From Macrostomum hystrix (taxonomy: Eukaryota > Animalia > Platyhelminthes): a DNA stretch of 64,000 nucleotides. Where the stretch lies: positions 372,001-436,000 of the forward strand of contig CATNEN010000008.1 of assembly GCA_950097015.1 (NCBI GenBank), read 5' to 3'. The position numbers and the translations under genes are program-made. This document shows, one piece after another, positions 1-12,100 of this stretch (position 1 is the stretch's first letter; every line of letters begins with the position of its first letter). The notes under the pieces were generated by a model that was not told the DNA's origin, did not search any database, and saw only the letters and a program-made list of their open reading frames with translations.

Positions 1-80
1 GCCTGTTAGACAGGAAGAACTCGCCTGTTAGACAGGAAGAACTCGCCTGTTAGACAGGAAGAACTCGCCTGTTAGACAGA
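1..80. repeat. 22-bp minisatellite (GCCTGTTAGACAGGAAGAACTC), about 3.6 copies, truncated by the window edge
   Basis: Direct tandem repetition; lies in an intron of the TTC6-like gene. Confidence 0.95.
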
Positions 81-149
81 GAGCTCTTTTACCGTATGGG
101 CAACATTTCACCCCATAGAAATCCTACGTTAATAATCAGCTCAAATCAC

Positions 150-3100
150 CTCTCGCAGGGCCATAAAAGCGTCGGCGCGGCAGCGCACAGCCCTGATGTA
201 GGTCGGGTCGACATTGATGGCGGCGCTGTAGTGTCGGATGGCCCTGCAAATCAACAAAGATGCCGCTCGCGTTTGTAAAACAGTCTACAGAAATTCTAGA
301 CACAAAAGAATAAGTCAAAGACTCACAGCGCGTGTCGATCAGTGTGATGGTAAACCAGTCCAAGGTTGACGTGAGCACATGGTATGTCCTGTCTGAGTCG
401 GACCAGGGTCTCAAAGTCCGGTATGGCGTCCTCCGGCCTGAGAGGCAGAGATTGCGTTGAATGTGAAGACAGGGGGGTGAGTGGCAGAGCGGTTAACGCG
501 TTTTCCTCTCGAACTAAGGTCCGTGAGCTCGATTCTGCGGCAAGACCACATTAAGTTAGGGCGCAGCCGCGAAAGAAGGTTGGGGGGCTTGTCGTGCAAT
601 TTATTTCGCCCTTGAGGGCTACGTGAGAGTTTACACTGGCCGACGGTGAGAAACTCAGGGCAGATGTACACACCTGAATATGCTGTGTGCATGTGTACAG
701 TATCAGTGTGCGTGTGAACATGGGTAAGATCAGGACCAATCAGAGCGATGCAAACCAGAAAATTCTGGAAGCTCAAATGTTTTGTAAAAAAATGAAGAAG
801 CTTTTGCCACCTGTCCATCTCGCAGTAAAGTATGCCTCGATACATGAAGGCCATGGCATTCTCAACGTCTTCATTAAGCATCACCGAGATTGACAAATCT
901 CGCAGTGCTTTCTCCGGCTGAGCTCGCCTGAGCAGTCGGCCGCGATGATAGAACGCGATCCAGTTGTACGGATTGAGGTGAATAGCCGATGAGAAGGCCT
1001 GTACAGCAGGGATCATCTGCTGCAGCTTGGCGTAGCACCGCCCGATGTAGGTGTACGCCCGGGAGTCCTTGGGATCTCGGCTGAGCAGCTCCGTGAAGTC
1101 GTTAATGGCGAACTGCCATTGTCTGCGAGGTATGTTCGTGCTTCAATTTCAACTGGCATGAAAGCGATTTCAAGCTTCTCATTATAAGCATTATAGAAAA
1201 CCCAGCAAGAAGTTTGCGAGAATTTCGCTACAAATTAAAATAACACTTTAAAGGCTCAGCTCGGTTTATCGAAGCGGCCAAAGGGGTTGAGTGGCAGAGT
1301 GGTTTAATACGTTTGCCTCACTCGCTCCAAGGTCCCTGAGTTCGATTCCGCGGCGAGGCCACATTCATTTGGGGCGCAGCCCCGGAGAGAAGGCTTGGGG
1401 GCTTGTCGTGCAATTTACGCCCTTGAGGGCCAACCTCCAAGGCAAGAGTGTACACTGCCTGACGATGAGAAAGTCAGGACAGATGTACAAACCAGTGCGA
1501 GTGTGTGCTCAGGAGGCAGCGGAATAGGCAGAATTTCCTGTTCGCTGGCTGTGGGTCTAGTGTCACCAAATGATGTGCCAGAGCCCTCAGACCTCCAGCA
1601 ATAATGATTACTAGCATCATGATCGAAGCGGCACCTACTCATTCTGGAAGTAGTACAATCCGTGTTTGAACAGAGCGTCAGTCTTGCCCGGACTCAGCTT
1701 GCTGGCCATGGAGTAGTCCTCCAGGGCTAGTCGCATCTCGCCGCGCTGTAATAGACATTTTTGCGGATAGAAACTTTCTTATAGATTCAAATTTCGGTCT
1801 GGCACAAGGTCCCTGAGTTCAAATCTGTGGCGAGACCACATTAATTTGGCACCCACTCCCTGCACAGGAGGAATGTGTCTGGGGAAGTGAAAACATCCCA
1901 CCTTCAAGTCTATCAATCTTACTCACTTTCTCATACAGCCCAGCCCGCTTATAATAGCAGTCAGCGTCGCCAGGGTTGAGCTTGATTGCCTGGCCATAGT
2001 TGATGATGGCCATGGTGACGTCATTCTTCTTGCGATAGATTTCAGCGCGAGCTTTGTAAGCGCTGGCATGATCCTTGGCCTGCTTTAGAAGTACATTCAG
2101 ATCGTCCAGGGCCTCAGAGAGGCGGTTCTCCAGCACCTTGACCAGGTGTCGGTGCCAGTAAGCGTCCAGGAACCTGGGCTCCTGCCGAATGCAGCGGTCC
2201 AGATCCTCGCGAGCGCCTCGCAGATAGCCAAGCTGGGGTGGAGGCGAGACAGGGGAGATTTTTGAGTCTAAGGGCTCGAGATGTTAAAAAATTGCCTGCC
2301 TAGATTATATAACCAGCAGTTTCAGAAACACATAAATAGCATTCGGAGTAATAAGTCTTCATAGAGAATGTTTCATTGACGTGTTGTATAGCCAAGTGCA
2401 TTACGATTCTATTTGATAACTTTGCGAGAAGGAAAGCGAAAAAGACATGACTCTGTTTCACTGTCCTGTCCGACAGGATTATAGAGAGGCGGCATCGGAA
2501 AAAAAACATGAAGGCGTGAAATATTGAATCACCGCGCCTAGCTTCATCCCTCCATTTAAGGATTTAGTCTTTGCCGAATAGCTGTCCGGAGCGCCTCAAA
2601 GCGACGGTGAAAGGCGCGGAGATTACGGGGTGTTAAGAGCATGAGGATTAGCGGATGAACTCGGGACACAGTCGGGACTGCTGCTGCTGCTGCTGCTGCT
2701 GTTCGACACGCAAACGGGACTTTGCTCAGATGGCCATCATCCTCATCTTCCTGGAACCTGACTCTGAGCACTTGGGAAAGCCGGGAGCCTTTTTAATTAA
2801 GCATTCTGAGTACAGGCCGCGGTGAAAGTGGGGAGGAGATCTCAGCGAAGAGTGAAGGCAGACTGAGAAGCGGCCGTGGAGACAAAGGCGAAACGCCAGA
2901 GGCGCTGTGACGAGACAGACAGGCAGGGAGCAAAGGAAAATGCAAGCTTCTAGGAGCGCATTGAATTGCGAATTAGCTTTCTGCAACAAATCGACATTAA
3001 AGCTGCTTTTTGCAACAACTGCATTTTCAGATTCCTGTTTGCTTTCAAATTTAGCTGATTTCACGCAAAAATCATTTGAAAAAGGCAATAGGAAATATAG

Positions 3101-6100
3101 AAGAACACGTTTAGCCTCTGAATTCGGATTGCATCGTACCGTCTTTGCTTCCTCCTTAGTTCCTGATTCCTGATCCGATTCTTTCTGATTCTAGCTTCGA
3201 TTCCTGATCCGATTCTTTCTGATTCTAGCTTAGATTCCTGATCCGATTCTTTCTGATTCTAGCTTCGATTCCTGATCCGATTCTTTCTGATTCTAGCTTC
3301 GATTCCTGATCCGATTCTTTCTGATTCTAGCTTCGATTCCTGATCCGATTCTTTCTGATTCTAGCTTCGATTCCTGATCCGATTCGTTCTGATTCTGATT
3401 CCAGTGACGATTCTTCCGCAGTTCTTGCTGCAATTCAATTCAACCTAATACTTTTTCTGCACTTTAACTACGCTCATGACAGGTGGTGCATACCCCAGAT
3501 TTATCATGCCTCGTCCTCATGCTCACTTGAACTAAAATCTTGTCTTTTACTTGCTCGAAGCTTGAAAAAAACTTTTGTTACAACGAATGTAATCTTATTG
3601 CGAGGCATCTTAAATCAAAAAAATATAATGAAGTTGAGCACGACATCATCTGAGATGCTCTCAGCCCTGATCAGAGCCAACCTTTGGTTGCAAGTATAGC
3701 TTAAGAATAAAAATTAAATACACAGATTTCGTTTAGATCTTCATCAAACATCAAAAGCACAGAAAACAGCAGTCAGTGCAAGGAAACTGCTCATTGCTCA
3801 CTTTAGCATTGAGAATAGCTACATTTCATTGAAGTAGGGCAGAGTCTACCACCACTGCTGACACCCTACCATCACTGCTGACACCCTACCATCACTGCTG
3901 ACACACTAACATCACTGCTGACACACTACCATCACTGCTGACACCCTACCATCACTGCTGACACCCTACCATAACTGCTGACACCCTACCATCACTGCTG
4001 ACACCCTACCATCACTGCTGACACCCTACCATCACTGCTGACACCCTACCATCACTGCTGACACCCTACCATCACTGCTGACACCCTAACATCACTGCTG
4101 ACACCCTACCATCACTGCTGACACCCTCATACCATCACTGCTGACACCCTAACATCACTGCTGACACCCTACCATCACTGCTGACACCCTACCATCACTG
4201 CTGACACACTACCATAACTGCTGACACCCTCCCTACCATCACTGCTGACACCCTCATACCATCACTGCTGACACCCTAACATCACTGCTGACACCCTACC
4301 ATCACTGCTGACACCCTACCATCACTGCTGACACACTACCATAACTGCTGACACCCTCCCTACCATCACTGCTGACACCCTACCATCACTGCTGACACCC
4401 TAACATCACTGCTGACACCCTACCATCACTGCTGACACCCTCATACCATCACTGCTGACACCCTACCATCACTGCTGACACCCTACCATCACTGCTGACA
4501 CCCTACCATCACTGCTGACACCCTACCATCACTGCTGACACCCTACCATCACTGCTGACACACTACCATAACTGCTGACACCCTACCATCACTGCTGACA
4601 CCCTACCATAACTGCTGACACCCTACCATCACTGCTGACACCCTACCATCACTGCTGACACACTACCATCACTGCTGACACACTACCATAACAGCTGACA
4701 CCCTCCCTACCATCACTGCTGACACCCTACCATCACTGCTGACACCCTACCATCACTGCTGACACACTACCATAACAGCTGACACCCTCCCTACCATCAC
4801 TGCTGACACCCTACCATCACTGCTGACACCCTACCATCACTGCTGACACCCTACCATCACTGCTGACACACTACCATCACTGCTGACACACTACCATAAC
4901 TGCTGACACCCTCCCTACCATCACTGCTGACACCCTACCATCACTGCTGACACCCTACCATCACTGCTGACACCCTCATACCATCACTGCTGACACCCTA
5001 ACATCACTGCTGACACCCTACCATCACTGCTGACACCCTACCATCACTGCTGACACACTACCATCACTGCTGACACCCTACCATAACTGCTGACACCCTA
5101 TCATCACTGCTGACACCCTATCATCACAGGCAAGGACTTCAAACGACCAAGATTCACGAGGCCACCACTGGGCCCTAGGAAAGCAACTCACTTTCCGTCT
5201 AAGAGCACCACGTCTGCATAACAGAAAGGCACTGGGAGTCTTCTGGTCGGCCTCGGCCGCCTCGATCGCCGCCGTGAGCTTTGCTACCTCCTGCTCCAGG
5301 ATGGCCGCAGCTGTTTCCCGATCAGCCTCGGGAATCTCGTCTAGTGCCGGTGGAATTCGCTCAGGCAGCTCAGCCGGGTGCTCGGACGGTGCTTCCTCGC
5401 TGCTGTCTGAATCGCGTCGCACCCGTGCGAACTCCGGGTCTTTCAACAGTGCGCGCTCGTCGGCGTTAATGTCAGACGCGTCCTCGTTGTCTGCCGCGGC
5501 TGCTCCCGACGACGTCGCTGCTGCCGCGGCCGCCGCCGCCCCAGCCAAACTACGGCGTGAGTCAGCGCCGACAACAGTGCCGCCAACGTCGACTTCGTCG
5601 TCATCGCGCGGAGTCGGCGGGTAGACTTCGTCAAACCAGCGGTCCCAGACGACTGTTACCCAGTCGCGGGGGTCCACATCGCGCCTGCGCAAATATTTTA
5701 GATGCGCATTTCGGCTGATTGCATCAGAGCTTGACCGGGAGGAGGGGTGACGCCCTGGTAGGGAAGGGAGGGAGGGAGGGAATGGGACCCGGGAAGGGAG
5801 GAGGTGTGGCGCCCTCGTAGACCCGGGGAAGGGAGGCGTGACGCCCTGGTAACCCGGGGAAGGGAAGCGTGACACCCTGGTAACCCGGGGAAGGGAGGCG
5901 TGACGCCCTGGTAACCCGGGGAAGGGAGGCGTGACGCCCTGGTAACCCGGGGAAGGGAGGCGTGACGCCCTGGTAACCCGGGGGAAGGGAGGCGTGACGC
6001 CCTAGTAACCCGGATAAGGGAGGAGGCGTAGCGCTCTGGTAGACCTTAGAAAGGGAGGAGGCATAGCGCCCTGGTAGACCCGGGGAAGGGAGAAGGCGTG

Positions 6101-9100
6101 GCGCCCTGGTAGACCCGGGGAAGGGAGGAGGCGTGGCGCCCTGGTAGACCCGGGGAAGGGAGGAGGCGTGGCGCCCTGGTAGACCCGGGGAAGGGAGGAG
6201 GCGTAGCGCCCTGGTAGACCCGGGGAAGGGAGGAGGCGTGGCGCCCTGGTAGACCCGGGGAAGGGAGGAGGCGTGGCGCCCTGGTAGACCCGGGGAAGGG
6301 GCGTCTCAGAAGACAGAGCGAAAATGTTCATCTTAGTAACTCGTAAATTAATTACTATAATGATCTCCCAGGAGTCTCAGTAAGGAAGTTAGCGTGACGT
6401 ATTGGAAAAATAATGGGTGTTATACTTGTTAGGAAGAAATTGTTACCTGTATCCTCGCTCGGCCGCCCAGGCTGGGAAGTCGTCTTTCAGATTCAACGGC
6501 AGGCTGCGCCGACGTCGAGACCGAATTCGCCTGAATTCATCGTGAAAATGAACTACTTAAAGTAGCGGATCATGTTATAATTTTATATAAAACATTTTAG
6601 TACTGGGAGTTTTAAGAAATTCACGAGCCACTACTTATAGTAGCTATGAACAGAAATTGCATCACAGCTGTGCGAACAGGCCGTCGAGAAATTTGGATCA
6701 CTCACTTTGGCACTCGCAGCTCCCATTCAGCCGGCTTCTTGATGGCATCGATGGATTCCCGTCGGTGCAGCTGATTGGCTGGCTCCTGAAGGAAGCGCTC
6801 GATGGCGTCGATGCGGGCCATGCTGACCAGACCCCGGCGCTGACGCATGAGCTGCTGCCGCTGCTGTGCCTGCTGCTTCCTGAGCGGCCACGGGTGGGAG
6901 ATGGAGAGAAGAGATAGAGGAGTGGAAAAGGTAGCGGAAACCAGACGAAACAATCAGGCTAAACCTTGGTAAATATTTGTTACTATGGTAAAGCTAATAT
7001 TTTACCTTTAATTGTATTGCCGATCATTAGGCGCAGTATAAGAGCCGACTATTTTAATCTTATAAGAAACTTATTTTTTTAACGCCCTTGAATGTCATTG
7101 AGGGAAACATTACTTTCTATATTGTGTCATATGATTCAATTTTGTATTAAATCATACAGGTAACCGTCTGCTTGTAATTAGTCTCGTTCCTGTAGAACTT
7201 ATGTAAGAGGTCGAAAGTTCAAAGTTCTATTTGTAAATTAATCGCCAAATAAAGCTTTCCACAATGCTTAATGCATGTATTTGTATCGTGGTTGAACTCC
7301 AATTAGCAATGGCACGCAGCCGCGTGATTCTCACGCTTGACCCTGGCTGGTGAAACTCGTATAGTTTCCCAGCGAACAATATTACTCAACATCGCTAAAC
7401 ATGCATCTGTCAATGCGAAATCCTTGAGAAATTAGTTACAATCGATATCCTTGTTGTCTTCTATAAGCTTTGTTTCGCTAACTAGACAGTCCAGAAAAGA
7501 CCAGCAAATTTCGGTTCTTTCTGACCTTCTTCTTCTAAAGGAGACGAGACTGAGTAAACGAAAAATAGGAAACGGAAAAGTTCCATTGAAAGTTGACAGA
7601 CCAGAGACTGCGCGATTGAGATAAGACCGACAGTGGAGTGAATCACTAGTGCAATGAGACATAAACATTTAAAGTAGGCCTAGAAATGTGGCCCTGTCCC
7701 CATACTGGCTAATCAGTCGAACCATCGCCCTTTGGAACTTTGTAGCTAAGGAAAAATTTTCCAGGTAGATATCACTGTAGACACACATGCGCGTCTCATG
7801 CGTCGCAGAGGTGACAATAATTTTCTACAGACGCTTTTATCATTAGGTTGCACTTTTCTTTCATTTGAAATGCCAGACAGTATAATTAAGACTCACTGTT
7901 TGGGTAGAATGACGTATCTCCTGCCAGCAGCCAGAGCCAATTCGGCTGGAGTCGGTTTGCGCTCTGAAATATTTAGTCGATGCAGTTTAAGATATTGGTT
8001 GCCGAGCAAGCTTGGCAACTGTTACGATAATTTCAACGAACCTTTTATTGATAACTGTCTCATTGTTCTGGATCGTTGTCCATCGGCCTTGTCTCCTGTC
8101 TCTCCACCGTCAGGACCCGAGTCGCCCGCCCGTGTGGCATCTTGGCCATGTTGGTCATGCTGTCCAGACTGGTCCAGCTGTTTCTGATGTCCAGTCGACT
8201 GATCCAGCTCCTGTAGTTTAGCTCGCTTTTCCTCCTCAGCCATGAGACGAGATTGGGCTTGAAGCTATGGGAGTTTGGTTGATAATACGAGCTAATACAT
8301 GTATACTGTCAACTTGACGCTAACCAACACCTTAAAAAACTGTTTCTTACGCACCTCCTTTTCTATGGCATTGTAGTCTAGATTTAGCACCAAATTATCT
8401 TCTTCGTCCAGATGAACACTGGGCAGTGATCTACTCGGTCTCAGACCTGGAATGAGTAACCATGGGAAAATGTTTTACGGTGAATCTTGGGCTTCTGAGT
8501 GATGCGTGATGATAGGGATGAGGTAGCACTTTTGACTGAGGCTAGAAGTGGAAAAGTGTCTGTTCTGACTGGGAGTTGGGGTAAGAAATAGGACCGTGTC
8601 ACTTCTGAATGGGTTAGGGGTCAGAAGGCGTTGCTTCTGAATGGGTTAGGGGTCAGAAGGCGTTGCTTCTGAATGGGTTAGGGGTCAGAAGGCGTTACTT
8701 CTGAATGGGTTAGGGTCAGAAGGTGGCACTTCTGAATGGGTTAGGGGTCAGAAGGCGTTGCTTCTGAATGGGTTAGGGGTCAGAAGGCGTTACTTCTGAA
8801 TGGGTTAGGGGTCAGAAGGTGGCACTTCTGAATGGGTTAGGGGTCAGAAGGCGTTGCTTCTGAATGGGTTAGGGGTCAGAAGGTGGCACTTCTGAATGGG
8901 GTTAGGGGTCAGAAGGCGTTGCTTCTGAATGGGTTAGGGGTCAGAAGGCGTTGCTTCTGAATGGGTTAGGGGTCAGAAGGCGTTACTTATGAATGGGGTT
9001 AGGGGTCAGAAGGTGGCACTTCTGAATGGGGTTAGGGGTCAGAAGGTGGCACTTCTGAATGGGGTTAGGGGTCAGAAGGCGTTGCTTCTGAATGGGTTAG

Positions 9101-12100
9101 GGGTCAGAAGGCGTTGCTTCTGAATGGGTTAGGGGTCAGAAGGCGTTACTTATGAATGGGGTTAGGGGTCAGAAGGTGGCACTTCTGAATGGGGTTAGGG
9201 GTCAGAAGGCGTTACTTCTGAATGGGTTAGGGGTCAGAAGGTGGCACTTCTGAATGGGGTTAGGGGTCAGAAGGCGTTACTTCTGAATGGGTTAGGGGTC
9301 AGAAGGTGGCACTTCTGAATGGGTTAGGGGTCAGAAGGCGTTGCTTCTGAATGGGTTAGGGGTCAGAAGGCGTTGCTTCTGAATGGGTTAGGGGTCAGAA
9401 GGCGTTGCTTCTGAATAGGTTAGGAGTCAGAAGGCGTTACTTATGAATGGGGTTAGGGGTCAGAAGGCGTTACTTCTGAATGGGGTTAGGGGTAGAAGCT
9501 ACAACTTATGAACGAGGGTAAAGGAGGGAAATTGTCACGACCTCAAGGAATATACTATCACGAACAGCATTAAAACGTTTAATATTCTCACCAAAAAAGC
9601 TCTCGACTCCGCCTTCATTTTTGTACTCTAAATTGAGCCTCTCAATGCTGCGACTAAGACGCTTTTGAAGTCTGTGAAAAAATAAAAAGAGGTATAGTTG
9701 AATCATGAAATATGATTCTGAACAATATAGCACTGGAAAAGTGTTTTATTTAACTACGAGCTAACTGTCAAAATGTGCAGGTCTCACCGCATCCGGGTCA
9801 GCTGCACGCATTCCTCAATCGCAACCGCATCGCCCATTGAGAGGCCACTGTCGGCTGCATCGCCGGTTCCACCAGGCGCAACGCCGGTGATGTCGGTAGA
9901 GTCGCGTTGACGCCTTTCACCAACAAAGATACCACCGCCGACGCCGGCACCCCCATTCGAATCTGATGCCATTCGACTCAATCGGACGGCGCTGCCCGAC
10001 GCAAACTCGTCGAACGGCACGGCACTCTGGTACTGTTTGAACAGAGCTGCGCGCACCTGCTCTGGTCCCGCCTGGGCGCGTGGCGGCGGAGGCTCTAACT
10101 GGTCGACACGGCGCGCAGTCTTGCCCAAAAATTCAACTCGAGTGCCGGCAAGCTGCAGCTCGGGCATCCGAATGATTGGCTCGCCAGTCGCAGCAGCTGC
10201 GGCCTCTTCGGTCTCGTCTGCCTGCAGCTGACGCAACGCCTCCACGGCTCGCTTCTGCCAGGCCTCGTAGCTCTCGATCTCGCGCATTATCCGATCGACG
10301 CCGGCTGTCTCGTCGCTGACAGCTGGCAGAGCTATCGCCGGTGTCGGCTCCGGCTGCAATGGCGCTGCTGGCAGTCGCATCAACAGATGATGCTCCTTCC
10401 GAGCCCGACGTTCGGCTGGCTCAGTGCGTCGCCAATTCGTGTCGTCCAACATGCAGAGCGAGTGAATGTCCGGCTTCGAAGTTGGCATCATCGGCTCAGC
10501 GATGGTGCCGGAGACTTCGCTCTGACTATCGTCGGCTTTATGGCGACGCTGAGGCGGCTGCGCCTTCTGCAACATCGCCACTTGATGGCCTTGAAGACTA
10601 ACCACATCCGTGATGGAGACCTCCGCAGGCAGTCGACTTAGCTCAAGAACCTGCGGTGTGCATAATGTTAACTTAGACGTTGTCTGGTATAAATCCATTC
10701 AAACGATCTAATCATTGATTATGAATTAAGACTACTATTCTGATTATGAGTGAGTAGTCTTTTTTACTATATAATAAAATGTGACATTGTTTTTTTGGAT
10801 GTTGAAATTTATTGTGCAATTTACGAGATTAAGTTATGCTCAAGCAAGTCGAAACTTCAAAAGTCTTCCCAAATCCCTCAGGTATTTTATTATCGTGTAA
10901 AACTGGAATTAACCACAGCACGACTCGTTCAATTGAGGCCTTTATATGGATAAACATGTTTTCTCCGATTCAATTCAGAAAAAAAAGCGCAATGCTAATC
11001 AATGTCATTTGTAAACGATAAATGAAAAAGTTCAAAAACATTTAGATTGAAATTAGAAAGCGATAGAAGTGCATCCAAGTGCGTCGTGGCAGTGGAGGGT
11101 GGGCGGGCGCGCTCAGTCAAAACACGCAAACTTTTTAAACAGCCCGCTGCACGGCCCAAAGCCCAGAGTCTATTCAAGGTCTGCCTCTCTCTCATTGGCT
11201 GGCTGGGCTTGGCCCACGAGTAGGCGAAATGAAATATAATTTTAAGGCCGGGGCTTGAAGGGGTTTCCCTCCTCGTCACGCGGGAAATCCATGACTAGTG
11301 CTCGCCTCCACAGACCAGGCCTTCCGCTCATTCCCTCTCCGACCAACCCAAGCACGTAGGTCACAAATGGAACACACGAGGCCCACGCATGACATAACGT
11401 TATAGATAGATAGGAGAAGTGAATGGAACAGGCTTAAGCTTCTACTATAAAAGGCTTCAGTTTTGACCCAGTCCAGGTTTTCTCTTTGTGATCCTCGCGC
11501 ACAGCAAGCAGTCTACAAATCTGCAACACGCTGATACCTGAGCATCGACTCGAGTTTTAGAAAGCAGGAAATAAGTCATGCTTGAAACACTATTGAATTC
11601 GCCGGCACTGACTAATAATGTGCCAACTGTGCCTTCGCCATTCACCGTGTTACATCGTGGCGAGGCTAAAAAACGTAGTAAGACTCTACAGTTAGCAGAA
11701 GACGAGTCCAGCAAGCATCAGCAACAGCAGCATCATGAGCATTCTTGCGAGCAAACAAGTAGAAAACGATCAGCTGGCGAGTACAATAATTTGGTCACGG
11801 CGGTCTACTCAGTCTGTTGCCTATACCAGTTCATCAGATACTTGCCGCTGCTAATACTCCGGGTCTGCTTTGGAGCGGGTGTAAGTTTTCTACCATTAAA
11901 TCGATGATTTTAAAGTAAATCACCATTTTAAATCAAACATTAATCTCATTATCTCTTGACCAAATTTTAGCAACAGCAACAGCAGCAGCGGCAACTACAA
12001 AGAGCCGGGTGTCAATCTCGCGGCTTGAGGAGCAGCCAATTAATGGCGCAGCAGCAGCAGCAGCAGCAGGACAGTGGACCCAATGTGCGCACAGTAACAG

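Noticed and set aside
7432-7668. 78-aa minus-strand ORF as an extra TTC6-like exon
   Set aside because: Exons 7963-7897 and 6879-6706 join in phase without it, and it has no protein-like signal.
8022-8024. Apparent in-frame TAA within a continuous TTC6-like reading frame (readthrough or recoding)
   Set aside because: A 78-nt GT-AG intron (8041-7964, phase 1) removes it and restores the frame KERKPTPAEL.
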